Both the position numbers and the translations under genes were made by a program. A stretch of 64,000 nt of DNA from a virus (lineage: Duplodnaviria; Caudoviricetes): positions 1 to 64,000 of IMG/VR virus record IMGVR_UViG_3300037067_007801. The stretch is one strand, 5' to 3'. A model generated the notes under the pieces. It saw only the letters and a program-made list of their open reading frames with translations, had not been told where the DNA came from and did not search any database. Positions 18,188 to 27,298 of this stretch are shown one piece after another. Within the stretch, counting starts at the first letter, position 1. Each line of letters begins with the position of its first letter.

Positions 18188-18914
18188 GTTGGCACTCTTT
18201 GCCGGAGCTGGCGGGGGAATTCTCGGAGGACTCCTCTCCGGCTGGCGCACCGTCGCCGCGGTCGAAATCGATCCCTACTGTCGGGAGGTGCTACTCCGAC
18301 GACAGCTCGATGGATGTCTACCGCGCTTCCCTATCTGGGACGACGTGCGAACCTTCGACGGGAAGCCCTGGCGCGGACTCGTTGACGTCGTCTCAGGCGG
18401 ATTCCCCTGCCAAGACATCTCATGCGCCGGCAAGGGTGCCGGACTCGACGGAGATCGGAGCGGCCTCTGGTCCGAGTTCGCTCGCATCATTCGCGAGGTA
18501 CGACCGCGATTCGTGTTCGTGGAAAACTCCCCAATGCTCACTTCTCGGGGGCTCGGAAGAGTTCTCGGAGACCTGGCCGAGATGGGGCTCGATGCTCGGT
18601 GGGGAGTGCTGGGAGCAGACGATGCCGGAGCTCCGCACCTGCGAAAGCGGATCTGGATCGTCGGATCGCGCGGTGCTCCCGACCCCCTCGGCGACGGAAT
18701 ACGGAACGAATCAGGGGGGGGGCTCGGGCGTGTCGGGCCAATTCGGGCGAGTCTCGGGACGATGGCGAGACGGAATGAATGGCCCGGAATCCCAACTCCA
18801 ACGGTCGGCGACTCCAGGGGGGGGGGCTCACGGAACACCGAGGCGAGTCGAGCACATCCGGGGATCTCTCTCACGGACTGGATACGAGGAGACGGCGGGA
18901 TGGGGAGACGATGA
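18180..18914 (+). CDS. dcm: C5-cytosine DNA methyltransferase, N-terminal (alpha) part
   Basis: LFAGAGG (I), GGFPCQDIS (IV), VENS (VI), HLRKRIWIVG (VIII); lacks motifs IX-X. Confidence 0.9.
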   Translation: MNELALFAGAGGGILGGLLSGWRTVAAVEIDPYCREVLLRRQLDGCLPRFPIWDDVRTFDGKPWRGLVDVVSGGFPCQDISCAGKGAGLDGDRSGLWSEFARIIREVRPRFVFVENSPMLTSRGLGRVLGDLAEMGLDARWGVLGADDAGAPHLRKRIWIVGSRGAPDPLGDGIRNESGGGLGRVGPIRASLGTMARRNEWPGIPTPTVGDSRGGGSRNTEASRAHPGISLTDWIRGDGGMGRR

Positions 18915-18918
18915 GTGA
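18184..18918 (+). CDS. Overlapping +1-frame ORF inside the methyltransferase
   Basis: 244 open codons; contains LPTPSATEYGTNQGG resembling the downstream xPTP repeats. Confidence 0.45.
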   Translation: MSWHSLPELAGEFSEDSSPAGAPSPRSKSIPTVGRCYSDDSSMDVYRASLSGTTCEPSTGSPGADSLTSSQADSPAKTSHAPARVPDSTEIGAASGPSSLASFARYDRDSCSWKTPQCSLLGGSEEFSETWPRWGSMLGGECWEQTMPELRTCESGSGSSDRAVLPTPSATEYGTNQGGGSGVSGQFGRVSGRWRDGMNGPESQLQRSATPGGGAHGTPRRVEHIRGSLSRTGYEETAGWGDDE

Positions 18919-19343
18919 TGAGAGAGAAATGGCCGACGCCGACCGGACAGGACGCGAAGAACAACGGGTCACCGTCGCAGATGTCGCGCAACTCGAAACC
19001 GCTGAACGCGGCGATGGGAGAGCAGATCTCGGGAGCGAACGGGGGGGGGCAACTTTCGCCCGATTGGGTCGAGTGGCTCATGGGGTGGCCCGTCGGCTGG
19101 ACCTCGCTCGAACCGCTGCCCCGCGAGGCGTTCGATGAATGGGAACGGCGCACCCGTGCGGGTGAATGGTTCGACGATGAACCCGAGGGCGTGCCGCGCG
19201 TGGCGGTCGGCATCCCGCAGCGCGTCAACCGGCTCAAGGCGATCGGGAACGGGCAGGTGCCCTCGTGCGCTGCGCTGGCGTGGAAAACGCTAAATGGAGC
19301 CTTCCCGGACCCTCAAGAAAAAGCGCACGGTGGACCAAAATAA
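18915..19343 (+). CDS. C5 methyltransferase C-terminal (beta) part
   Basis: WPTP repeat, LSPDWVEWLMGWPVGWT, RLKAIGNGQVP (motif X region). Confidence 0.85.
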   Translation: MMREKWPTPTGQDAKNNGSPSQMSRNSKPLNAAMGEQISGANGGGQLSPDWVEWLMGWPVGWTSLEPLPREAFDEWERRTRAGEWFDDEPEGVPRVAVGIPQRVNRLKAIGNGQVPSCAALAWKTLNGAFPDPQEKAHGGPK

Positions 19344-19346
19344 TGC

Positions 19347-19376
19347 TTGACTCTCTAAACCCAAGGGTTTATACAT
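19347..19376 (+). promoter_or_regulatory. sigma70 promoter with palindromic operator in the spacer
   Basis: TTGACT-ctc-TAAACC-caag-GGTTTA-TACAT. Confidence 0.75.
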
Positions 19377-19431
19377 AGGGTATGGACAGCGCCGCGGTGG
19401 CACGCGGGGCAGAACGCAGGAGGGAATCAAA

Positions 19432-19692
19432 ATGGGAATCACGAGAGGTCAGCGGGAGCGCGGAGAGAAGCCGATTCTGGACGACGAGGCCCTGTATCTC
19501 ACGGACAACGGCGCTTGCTACTGCGGGAAGCACTGCGGCAACATGGCTCGATACACGGGTCGGGACATCTCTGGTCAGAAGGTCAGCAAGTTGACCATCG
19601 CGGACGTTCGCGCGAGCATCGCGACGTACAAGTGGGAGCCCGAGTGCGAGACGTGCGGGCGCAAGTTGAACCTCATCGAAGTTGTGAAGTGA
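19432..19692 (+). CDS. Hypothetical protein
   Basis: GGAGGG RBS; Cys motifs. Confidence 0.6.
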   Translation: MGITRGQRERGEKPILDDEALYLTDNGACYCGKHCGNMARYTGRDISGQKVSKLTIADVRASIATYKWEPECETCGRKLNLIEVVK

Positions 19693-20057
19693 TGGAAGCG
19701 ACGGCGATCAAGATGACTTCGGAACCCGCATCCATCTTCTCCATCATGGCCGACGTCCGCGCGTACGCCCTTCGATACCAGGGCGGCGTGAACTGCATCG
19801 AAGTGTTCGGCGCGATGAACAGCATCTTCATCACGAGCGGTTGGGGCATGCGCGGCCGGGACGAAATCGTGAAAGCACGGAACGAGATCGGGCGCTACGC
19901 TCTGGAGAAGTTCGGCCGCAAGGTGCGGATCGTGCGGAACCGCGGGCACCGGCTTTGGTGGACGAACTTGAACGACCTGCGGTGCGGGTTCGAAATCGAA
20001 ATGACAGAAGAGGAACGGACCGGCACGCTCAATGGGGAGTGGTGCCGTGAAAACTGA
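19692..20057 (+). CDS. Hypothetical protein
   Basis: TGATG coupling. Confidence 0.55.
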   Translation: MEATAIKMTSEPASIFSIMADVRAYALRYQGGVNCIEVFGAMNSIFITSGWGMRGRDEIVKARNEIGRYALEKFGRKVRIVRNRGHRLWWTNLNDLRCGFEIEMTEEERTGTLNGEWCREN

Positions 20058-20074
20058 TAAGTGGATTGTGTTTT

Positions 20075-20397
20075 GGGCTCGTAACGGTTTCGACGTGAGG
20101 AGGATGTTCAATTCTGCGTGCCCCGGGTTGTCTGGTCACCGGGTTAAAACGGCTGGACGAACAACAACTGCCGAAGAGGAGTTGATGGCGGCCTGACCGC
20201 CTGTCTCGCCCGCGAGGAGTCTGAGTAACGGGCAGGCACAAGCACACGGACGCGGGTCCCGGCTCCTGAACCGGGTGGTGGAGGCGCTCAAGGCTTCGCT
20301 GAGTCGGCGCGGCGAAGACAGTTCGAGCCGAACACGCACGTGGATGAAGGATTGAACTGAGACTTTGCGGACCCGAGTTCGACTCTCGGCGAGTCCA
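20075..20397 (+). ncRNA. ssrA: tmRNA, tag (A)AEEELMAA
   Basis: 5' GGGCTCG pairs with 3' CGAGTCC-A with G3-U wobble; 5' GTAACGGTTTCGAC; T-arm CCGAG-TTCGACT-CTCGG; tag frame 20170-20196 after AACAACT, ending AA-stop. Confidence 0.92.
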
Positions 20398-20430
20398 CAA
20401 CTGAAGAACGAAGAGAGGAGTGAAAACGAA

Positions 20431-20703
20431 ATGACGCTCCGAGACGAATACACGGGATCCGAGTTCCCCGATGCTGGCGCGGCTGCTCTGTGGGCCGTCC
20501 GGTACGTGCTGCAACGGCAGATGAAGGACGTCGACACGCAGTACCAGATTGGGGTCGGCTCCGAGGTCCACCGTCGCTGCTGCTTGGCCGTGGCGCTCGC
20601 CGAAGGCAGGGAGCCGCGGGACGTGGAAGCCGAGAACACGATGCGGTCGCCGGCTAAGTCGACGATCGAACGGTTGCGCGAACAGTTAGAGGCGGTGCGG
20701 TAA
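20431..20703 (+). CDS. Hypothetical protein
   Basis: GAGGAG RBS. Confidence 0.55.
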   Translation: MTLRDEYTGSEFPDAGAAALWAVRYVLQRQMKDVDTQYQIGVGSEVHRRCCLAVALAEGREPRDVEAENTMRSPAKSTIERLREQLEAVR

Positions 20704-21089
20704 TGGGCGGTGTAGGCAGCGGGCTCCACGGAAAACAAGGCCGCAAAAAGGGCGGGCACAATTCGGCCGCATCGTGTGAGGCGATCCGGGCCGGCATGGT
20801 CGCGATGCACCTACATAGGCAGACGCGCCCGGACGCCTGTCAGGGGTGCGGAACCGTGACCGGCGATCTCGATTGGTGCGCCCTGCGGGACCGCGAGACG
20901 GATGAACCTGGACCGCGGCAATGGTACTGCGGAACGTGCCTCACCGGTCCGGTTGAGCCGCTCGATCTCGAAACGTTCGTACGCTCCGGCACGTCGAACC
21001 TCGGTGCTGCGCAGATTCACCACGGCATGATGTCGGACCACGGCCACGGGCCGGAGGGAGATAGGGCACTGAATAGGAGGGTGGGGTGA
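20703..21089 (+). CDS. Hypothetical protein with Cys pairs
   Basis: TAATG coupling; CQGC...CGTC. Confidence 0.5.
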   Translation: MGGVGSGLHGKQGRKKGGHNSAASCEAIRAGMVAMHLHRQTRPDACQGCGTVTGDLDWCALRDRETDEPGPRQWYCGTCLTGPVEPLDLETFVRSGTSNLGAAQIHHGMMSDHGHGPEGDRALNRRVG

Positions 21090-23428
21090 ACGAAGAGTAC
21101 AAGGCGTTTCTCGAGTCGAAACGCATTCGTGTTGAGGCATGCGGTATTGATGTCGACGTGAACGACATGAATCCGCAGTTGTTCGATTGGCAAAAGGCGA
21201 TCGTGCGGTGGGCTCTGCATCGCGGTCGCGCTGCACTGTTCGAGGATTGCGGACTCGGGAAAACGCCGCAGCAACTCGAATGGGCTCGTCACGTCTGCGA
21301 GTATACGAAGGGCAACGTTCTCATCCTGGCACCGCTCGCCGTGGCACAACAGACGCGCCGAGAGGGACAGAAGTTCGGGATCGGCGTCACTGTCTGCAAA
21401 ACAGGTGATGACGTTCGACCCGGCATCAACGTCACGAACTACGAGCGGCTGCACCACTTCACGGCGGACTCGTTCTCGGGGATTGTGCTCGATGAATCTT
21501 CGATCCTGAAGTCGTTTGATGGTGTCATTCGAAAGCAGATAACCGAGTTCGCCGTCAACATCACATTTCGCCTTTGTTGCACGGCGACTCCGGCACCCAA
21601 CGACCTCATTGAAATCACGAATCACTCCGAGTTCCTTGACATCATGGGAGGAAAGGAAATCATAGCGCTGTTTTTTAAGCAGGACGGCAACACAACCCAC
21701 GCATGGAGACTCAAGGGGCACGCCCGCGAGGCGTTCTGGAAGTGGATGGCGGAGTGGTCGATTGCAATCCGCAAGCCGTCCGACATCGGATACGAAGACG
21801 GGAAGTTCCTTCTTCCCGCTCTCCACATGCACCAAATCACGACGCGCGGGAAACCGTCGGAAGGTTGTCTGTTCGTCTTCGAGGCGCGAACACTCGAAGA
21901 ACGGCGCAACGCTCGGCGTTCGTCCATGCCGGACCGCGTCAAGATGTGTGCAGAACTCGTGAACGGGAGCAATGAGGAGTGGATCGTGTGGTGCGATCTG
22001 AACGCAGAGAGTGAGGCGTTGACGAAGGCGATACCGGGAGCCGTCGAAGTGCGCGGAAGCAACACGGCAGAATACAAAGAAGAAAAGCTCCTCGGATTTT
22101 CAACTGGAGACTTCCGCGTCCTCGTATCCAAGCCTTCGATCGCAGGTCACGGCATGAATTACCAGCACTGCCGAAACATAGTTTTCGTCGGGCTGTCGGA
22201 TTCCTACGAGGCGCTATATCAGGCCACGCGCCGTTGCTGGCGGTTTGGGCAGGAGCGCGAGGTCAACTGCTACATTGTGACGGGAGAGGCCGAGGGCGCG
22301 GTTGTCGCGAACATCGAACGCAAGGAACGACAGGCAATGGAGATGTTCGACTCCATCGTGAAGAACATGTCCGTGCATGAACTGAACCGAAAGGCGGAGA
22401 GGTCCGAAATGGAATACAAGCGCGACGTCGCGCGGGGAACGGATTGGGAATTGCACCTCGGAGATTCAGTCGAGGTCATCAAAGAGATCGAATCCGAATC
22501 CGTCGGACTGTCCGTGTTCTCTCCGCCTTTTCCCGGCATGTATGCGTACACGAATTCAAGCCGCGACATCGGGAACGTCGCGAGCATCTCCGAATTGATT
22601 GCGCACTTCAAGTTCCTCATGGGCGAGATTCTGAGAATCACAAAATCGGGCCGGTCGTGTTGCATCCATCTCACGCAGGAACCCGTGTTCAAGGGCAAGG
22701 ATGGGTACGTCGGTTTGAGGGATTTCAGAGGCAAAATCATCTCCGAGATGCAGGACTCCGGGTGGATTTACTACGGCGAAGTCACCATCGACAAGAATCC
22801 GCAGGTCAAGGCGAGCCGGACGAAAGAGTCGACGCTTCTGTTCAAGACTCTTTCCCAGGATTCCGCGAACGTACGCCCGGCCCTTGCGGACTATCTTCTG
22901 ATTTTCAAGAAGCACGGCGAGAACGAAATGCCGATTCAGGCAGGGAGCCACGAGCGTTGGAATAAGGGATCGGGGTGGGTGACTCCCGAGGAGTGGTGCG
23001 AATGGGCCGCTCCGGTCTGGTATCGCGCCATGCCAGATGATGGGAGATTCGACAACTACCCGTCGCGGCACATGACGACCGACGGAATCCGTGAGACGGA
23101 CGTCCTTTCTCCGCGCCCTGGTCGCGAGTCAGACGACGAGAAGCACCTATGTCCGTTGCAGCTCGGAGTCATTGAGCGCGCGGTTAAGTTGTGGTCCGCG
23201 CCGGGGGACGTCGTGTTCTCTCCGTTCGCCGGTATCGGGTCGGAGGGGTTTCAGGCGCTCCGGTTGTTCCGCAAGTTCGTTGGCATCGAACTCAAGGAGT
23301 CATACTGGAAAGTCGCGTGCGAGAATCTGAATCGCGGAGTCGATGAGCGCGAGGAGAAGCAGGTTTCGATGTTCGCGGACGTATCGAGCGGAGTCATTCC
23401 GACGGACGAATCGGGGTCCATGCAATGA
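21086..23428 (+). CDS. SNF2-like helicase fused to an amino (N4/N6) DNA methyltransferase
   Basis: GLGKT, VLDESS, TATPAPN, QATRRCWRFGQ; then FSPPF and SPFAGIGSEG. Confidence 0.88.
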   Translation: MNEEYKAFLESKRIRVEACGIDVDVNDMNPQLFDWQKAIVRWALHRGRAALFEDCGLGKTPQQLEWARHVCEYTKGNVLILAPLAVAQQTRREGQKFGIGVTVCKTGDDVRPGINVTNYERLHHFTADSFSGIVLDESSILKSFDGVIRKQITEFAVNITFRLCCTATPAPNDLIEITNHSEFLDIMGGKEIIALFFKQDGNTTHAWRLKGHAREAFWKWMAEWSIAIRKPSDIGYEDGKFLLPALHMHQITTRGKPSEGCLFVFEARTLEERRNARRSSMPDRVKMCAELVNGSNEEWIVWCDLNAESEALTKAIPGAVEVRGSNTAEYKEEKLLGFSTGDFRVLVSKPSIAGHGMNYQHCRNIVFVGLSDSYEALYQATRRCWRFGQEREVNCYIVTGEAEGAVVANIERKERQAMEMFDSIVKNMSVHELNRKAERSEMEYKRDVARGTDWELHLGDSVEVIKEIESESVGLSVFSPPFPGMYAYTNSSRDIGNVASISELIAHFKFLMGEILRITKSGRSCCIHLTQEPVFKGKDGYVGLRDFRGKIISEMQDSGWIYYGEVTIDKNPQVKASRTKESTLLFKTLSQDSANVRPALADYLLIFKKHGENEMPIQAGSHERWNKGSGWVTPEEWCEWAAPVWYRAMPDDGRFDNYPSRHMTTDGIRETDVLSPRPGRESDDEKHLCPLQLGVIERAVKLWSAPGDVVFSPFAGIGSEGFQALRLFRKFVGIELKESYWKVACENLNRGVDEREEKQVSMFADVSSGVIPTDESGSMQ

Positions 23429-23616
23429 GTCTCGTCGGCACCATGTACGACCGCAACGAACCGCTGGCTGAGAGCACGTGGAACTCAGTTGAGATCGTCC
23501 GAGCTGAACCGAATGGCCGCGTGGTCGTGAAGTCGCTGTTGTATCCGGACCTGACGCGGGACTGTTCGGTGAAGTTGTTGTTCGAGCACTACCGGCGTCG
23601 ATTGGGCGACGGGTGA
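23425..23616 (+). CDS. Hypothetical protein
   Basis: Coupled ORF. Confidence 0.45.
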   Translation: MSLVGTMYDRNEPLAESTWNSVEIVRAEPNGRVVVKSLLYPDLTRDCSVKLLFEHYRRRLGDG

Positions 23617-24029
23617 TGGAGGAAGGTATGAGCACACTATTCGAGAAGCGAGGCAGTCGCTACTACCCCGTGCGTGACACGATGGCATGTGACGGGCTCG
23701 GGCTCGGGTCGCACGTCGTGACGGTGATGAAGTCGGATGACGGGTGCACGCTGACCTCATACCGAGGGCCGATCATTCCGGCGTTCGCTTCCGTGCTCGC
23801 GACGATACCGTTCGCGCGAGAGGCGATGCTCCACGCGATGACAGAGCGAAACAAGGTCGAGCGGCCCGTGAACCGGCCGATGACTGCGAAGCAGAAGCGC
23901 GCGTGGGCCGCGTATCAGGCCGTGATGGCCGAAGACAAAGATGTACCGATGGCGTTCGAAGGTGTGTCCATGCACGACATTGTGGACGCGGGAATCAAGG
24001 CGCTTGAAGCGCAGATGGGAGTTAAGTGA
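23613..24029 (+). CDS. Hypothetical protein
   Basis: Coupled ORF; start may be 23628. Confidence 0.55.
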   Translation: MMEEGMSTLFEKRGSRYYPVRDTMACDGLGLGSHVVTVMKSDDGCTLTSYRGPIIPAFASVLATIPFAREAMLHAMTERNKVERPVNRPMTAKQKRAWAAYQAVMAEDKDVPMAFEGVSMHDIVDAGIKALEAQMGVK

Positions 24030-24296
24030 ATGCCGATCGATGTTAAGAAGCACTGCCATGGGTCACCGTTCTTCGAGCCCGACGCGCGGGTTCCTGCGAC
24101 GAGCGCGATCGAGGCGCCGACCGAAGATGGCAGCATCCAGTTCCGCGTGGTCTCCGACAAGCTGACGCCGGTGCTCGAGTTGAAGGCGAACGGCGACATC
24201 CTGGTCCGCGGGAAGCTCATCGAGAACGACAAGGAACTCGTGGACGGGCTGCGGGAGTGGTTCCGGCTCGCGAAGATCGAACGGGGCAAGGAATGA
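24030..24296 (+). CDS. Hypothetical protein
   Basis: Adjacent ORF. Confidence 0.5.
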   Translation: MPIDVKKHCHGSPFFEPDARVPATSAIEAPTEDGSIQFRVVSDKLTPVLELKANGDILVRGKLIENDKELVDGLREWFRLAKIERGKE

Positions 24297-24505
24297 ACAT
24301 GCTCGACGTCACGGCCGGCGGTCACCATTTCGAGTTGACGCTCGACCAAGCGCGAGCTCTGATTCGTGCATTGGCACAGGTGCTCGGCGAGCCCATGGTC
24401 TGCGGGATGCGCTCGACGTGTGCGCTGTACCCGAAGAACGCGGTGGCGTATCACGACGATGGGGCCGTGGACCCTACCGTGGTCGTGAGTGTGAGGGAAG
24501 ACTAG
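24293..24505 (+). CDS. Hypothetical protein
   Basis: Coupled ORF. Confidence 0.45.
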   Translation: MNMLDVTAGGHHFELTLDQARALIRALAQVLGEPMVCGMRSTCALYPKNAVAYHDDGAVDPTVVVSVRED

Positions 24506-24805
24506 ATGGACGATGAGATCCAAAAGGTTACGACTCCTCAACTGTCCCCATCGGGCGAAGCAATCATCGAGGCTCGCTTGGAGCGGCATCTCGTCGAGCA
24601 ACTGATTTCCGATACGGCCTGTAGTGACATCTTGGCGTTCGAGGACGACAATAGCGACCAGTTGAAATACCACGGCTACGTTGTGGTCATGGCTCGAACC
24701 GAGAAGGATTGGAAGCGACTCGCCAAGTTGATGCTGTTGGATAAGAAGCATCGAGCGGGACAGGTTGTGGACGCGGATTTCCTGATTGATCTGTTCGAGA
24801 AGTAG
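24506..24805 (+). CDS. Hypothetical protein
   Basis: Adjacent ORF. Confidence 0.5.
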   Translation: MDDEIQKVTTPQLSPSGEAIIEARLERHLVEQLISDTACSDILAFEDDNSDQLKYHGYVVVMARTEKDWKRLAKLMLLDKKHRAGQVVDADFLIDLFEK

Positions 24806-24850
24806 ACGTGATAACCCGGGCGCGAGTGCCCAGAAAAGTGAGAGAACACA

Positions 24851-25255
24851 ATGACGAAAAAGGACAAGACACCGAAGACACCGAAACCGGCACGCGACCC
24901 GAACGCACCCGCTGTGAAGCGCCCGCGCGCTGGATGTTGGACTCCGGTCACGCGCCAGATTCCTATTCCAGGTTCGCAGGACGCGGATGGGAAAGCACTC
25001 ACGCTGGATGCGGAAATGTACAGCGTCGAGTTCGCGGGCGAGACGATCGAAGTGCTCAAAAACCGCGACGGAGTCAAGCGAGCGAACGCTTGGATCAAGG
25101 GGATCAAGAATCGCGGCGAGGAGTCGTTGCACATTGACAAGATCAGCCGGCAACTCGAGGCCCTGTCCGAGTCCGCATCGAGCCAGGAGATGACGGCCCG
25201 GCTGTACAAGGCGGCCCAGGTGTTGAAGGGCGAGCGGGTCGAGGGAGGTGCCTGA
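24851..25255 (+). CDS. Hypothetical protein with basic N-terminus
   Basis: K/P-rich N-terminus, phage-like codon use. Confidence 0.6.
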   Translation: MTKKDKTPKTPKPARDPNAPAVKRPRAGCWTPVTRQIPIPGSQDADGKALTLDAEMYSVEFAGETIEVLKNRDGVKRANAWIKGIKNRGEESLHIDKISRQLEALSESASSQEMTARLYKAAQVLKGERVEGGA

Positions 25256-25265
25256 AAAAAAGGAC

Positions 25266-25295
25266 TTGACACGGTAAACCATAAGGTTTATACAT
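25266..25295 (+). promoter_or_regulatory. sigma70 promoter with palindromic operator in the spacer
   Basis: TTGACA-cgg-TAAACC-ataa-GGTTTA-TACAT. Confidence 0.8.
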
Positions 25296-25357
25296 AGAGA
25301 TACAGCGTCGTTCAGCGGTGGCTCGCTGGACATGAAGACGAACCACAGGAGGGACCG

Positions 25358-25639
25358 ATGACGACCAACGAATCCACCGAGCGCGCGTACGAGAAGACGA
25401 CTGTCGACCGCAGCGTCTACGGCAACTTCACGATTGCCGATCTTCACGCTGCGTTCAACCGGATCGCGCCGAAGAACTGGAAGGACCCGATCGCGTGCTC
25501 GGCGAATGGCGAGACGGTCAACCTCGTGTGTGCCGCCATCGCGTTCTTCACGGGCTCCATCCCGCGCGTTCAGGTGGACGTGCGGACGATGACTTACTAC
25601 ATCGAGGCGGACGGCTACTACGCGGCCTGCGGGTCGTAG
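25358..25639 (+). CDS. Hypothetical protein
   Basis: AGGAGGG RBS; first gene after promoter. Confidence 0.65.
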   Translation: MTTNESTERAYEKTTVDRSVYGNFTIADLHAAFNRIAPKNWKDPIACSANGETVNLVCAAIAFFTGSIPRVQVDVRTMTYYIEADGYYAACGS

Positions 25640-25648
25640 GGAAGTCAC

Positions 25649-25852
25649 GTGGAAACCGAAACCATCTACGTCGCGTGTTGCCGCTGTCATAGGCAGCGAG
25701 TGAACGGCATCTGGGTCGAGAACACGATCCCGGCTGGCGCGATGATCTCGCACGGCCTCTGTCCCGAAGATTTTGCAAAGCAGATGCGCGAGGCGGGTGT
25801 CACTGAGGAAGAAATCGCGGCCGATTTGGCGGAAATGAAAGAGGAGGGTTGA
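25649..25852 (+). CDS. Hypothetical protein
   Basis: CCRC...HGLCPEDF. Confidence 0.5.
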   Translation: METETIYVACCRCHRQRVNGIWVENTIPAGAMISHGLCPEDFAKQMREAGVTEEEIAADLAEMKEEG

Positions 25853-25853
25853 A

Positions 25854-26075
25854 GTGGAACGGAAAATCAAGATCGAGGAGTGCGGTGAGTTGATGATCGT
25901 CGCCGGTCCCGGTGCTGGCAAGCCGGCCCTGTGCTGCCAAGTTGCGCGCCTGTGCTACTCGCACTGCGCCGCGCTCGGAATCAGCAAGGGAAGTGCGGAA
26001 CTCAACATCGCTCCTTCATTGTGCTGCAACGTCTCCGAGGTCAGGATCGGATACCTCGAGACGGTGACGCCGTGA
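25854..26075 (+). CDS. Hypothetical protein
   Basis: GGAGG RBS. Confidence 0.45.
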   Translation: MERKIKIEECGELMIVAGPGAGKPALCCQVARLCYSHCAALGISKGSAELNIAPSLCCNVSEVRIGYLETVTP

Positions 26076-26854
26076 CCCGACGTGAGCGCATGGAGCGGCG
26101 ACTCGAGAAGCGCGAGACGTGGGCAGACTCCGCGAGCTCCAAGTCGGCGACGGAATTTCAGAAGGCGCGTGACGCGACGAGAGGCATCGAACTTGGGCAG
26201 CCGATCTTGGTTAATCATCACAGCGAGAATCACCATCGTCGAGCCGTCGAGAAGTCCGACTCGGCTATGCGCCGCGGTGTTGAAGCCTCCCACCGGGCAG
26301 CCGAGCACGCTGGCAAGGCGGCGAACCTCGCGAGACAACTGGACCGCACCGTGTTTTCGGACGACGAGGACGCAATCGAGAAGATCGAAGCGCGGATCGC
26401 GACGCACGAGCGCCTTGCCGACGAGATGAACAAAATCAACAAGGCGTGGAAGAAAGCCAAGGGCACGCCGGACGAACGGGCCGCGCAGCTCATAGCGGAC
26501 GGCGTGTGCAGCGAGAAGATCGCCACGAATGCCGCGCAGACCATGAGGCAGTTCGCCTGCCTCAAAGCGCCGCTCGACATGACGAACCTACGCGCCAGGA
26601 TTCGCACGGACAAGAAGCGGATCGAAGAGGTGCGAGAATACAGGGCGCGGAACGATCGCGCGGTAGCGGCCGGCGGTGTCGTCATCGAAGGTGGCGAGTG
26701 GGTGCAGGTCACGTTTGCCAAGAAGCCGGATAACGAAGTGCTCGATGCCTTGCGTGAGGCCGGGTTCAGGTGGTCCGGTGGCGGATGGATAGGGAAGAAA
26801 GAGAACGTGCCGAGATGCGTCGCCGAGATGGCAACCAAGGAGAATCATCCATGA
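26072..26854 (+). CDS. DUF3560 domain protein
   Basis: GQPILVNHHSE..HRR signature. Confidence 0.8.
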   Translation: MTRRERMERRLEKRETWADSASSKSATEFQKARDATRGIELGQPILVNHHSENHHRRAVEKSDSAMRRGVEASHRAAEHAGKAANLARQLDRTVFSDDEDAIEKIEARIATHERLADEMNKINKAWKKAKGTPDERAAQLIADGVCSEKIATNAAQTMRQFACLKAPLDMTNLRARIRTDKKRIEEVREYRARNDRAVAAGGVVIEGGEWVQVTFAKKPDNEVLDALREAGFRWSGGGWIGKKENVPRCVAEMATKENHP

Positions 26855-27006
26855 GCGCACCGTGGCCCGATGACCTGTGCTCTCACTGCCCGTATTCGGA
26901 CATGTGCGACTTGAACGACCCGGCGGAAGAACCCGGTGGTTGCCGCCGTGTCGACGAATGGAAGGAATCGCTGGAGAGCAGGTCGGAAAGAGACCGCGGA
27001 AAGTGA
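26851..27006 (+). CDS. Small Cys-rich hypothetical protein
   Basis: AGGAG RBS, coupled. Confidence 0.4.
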   Translation: MSAPWPDDLCSHCPYSDMCDLNDPAEEPGGCRRVDEWKESLESRSERDRGK

Positions 27007-27010
27007 GAAG

Positions 27011-27298
27011 ATGATGACGACCTACACGTTCAGAGGCTTTCACATTCCAGAGCACATGTTGTACGCGCTTCAGCAGTACGTTGCCACCCACCGGCCGGTT
27101 GGACATTTTCTGACGGCGATCATCTGCAACGATTTGAAAGAAGCGGTCGCGCGAGCTGATGACGAGAACCTGACGAATCTCCCGGCCTACGTGGGCTACC
27201 TGTACAACGAGTGCCCGTCCGCGTGCTGGGGCTCGAAGAAGAAGATGGACGACTGGCTGTACCCTCCGGAGAAAGAAGGAGAAGGAGAAGGGCGATGA
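27011..27298 (+). CDS. Conserved-looking phage hypothetical protein
   Basis: GHFLTAIICNDLKEAVARADDEN...CWGS. Confidence 0.65.
   Translation: MMTTYTFRGFHIPEHMLYALQQYVATHRPVGHFLTAIICNDLKEAVARADDENLTNLPAYVGYLYNECPSACWGSKKKMDDWLYPPEKEGEGEGR

Noticed and set aside
24851-24930. RDPNAP..KRP resembling the HMG-box lead-in motif
   Set aside because: No HMG aromatic pattern follows.
23915-25921. Long minus-strand ORFs (this one, 35776-37503, 41571-43661, 48156-50762 and similar)
   Set aside because: Opposite to well-supported plus-strand genes; expected in GC-rich DNA with biased codons.
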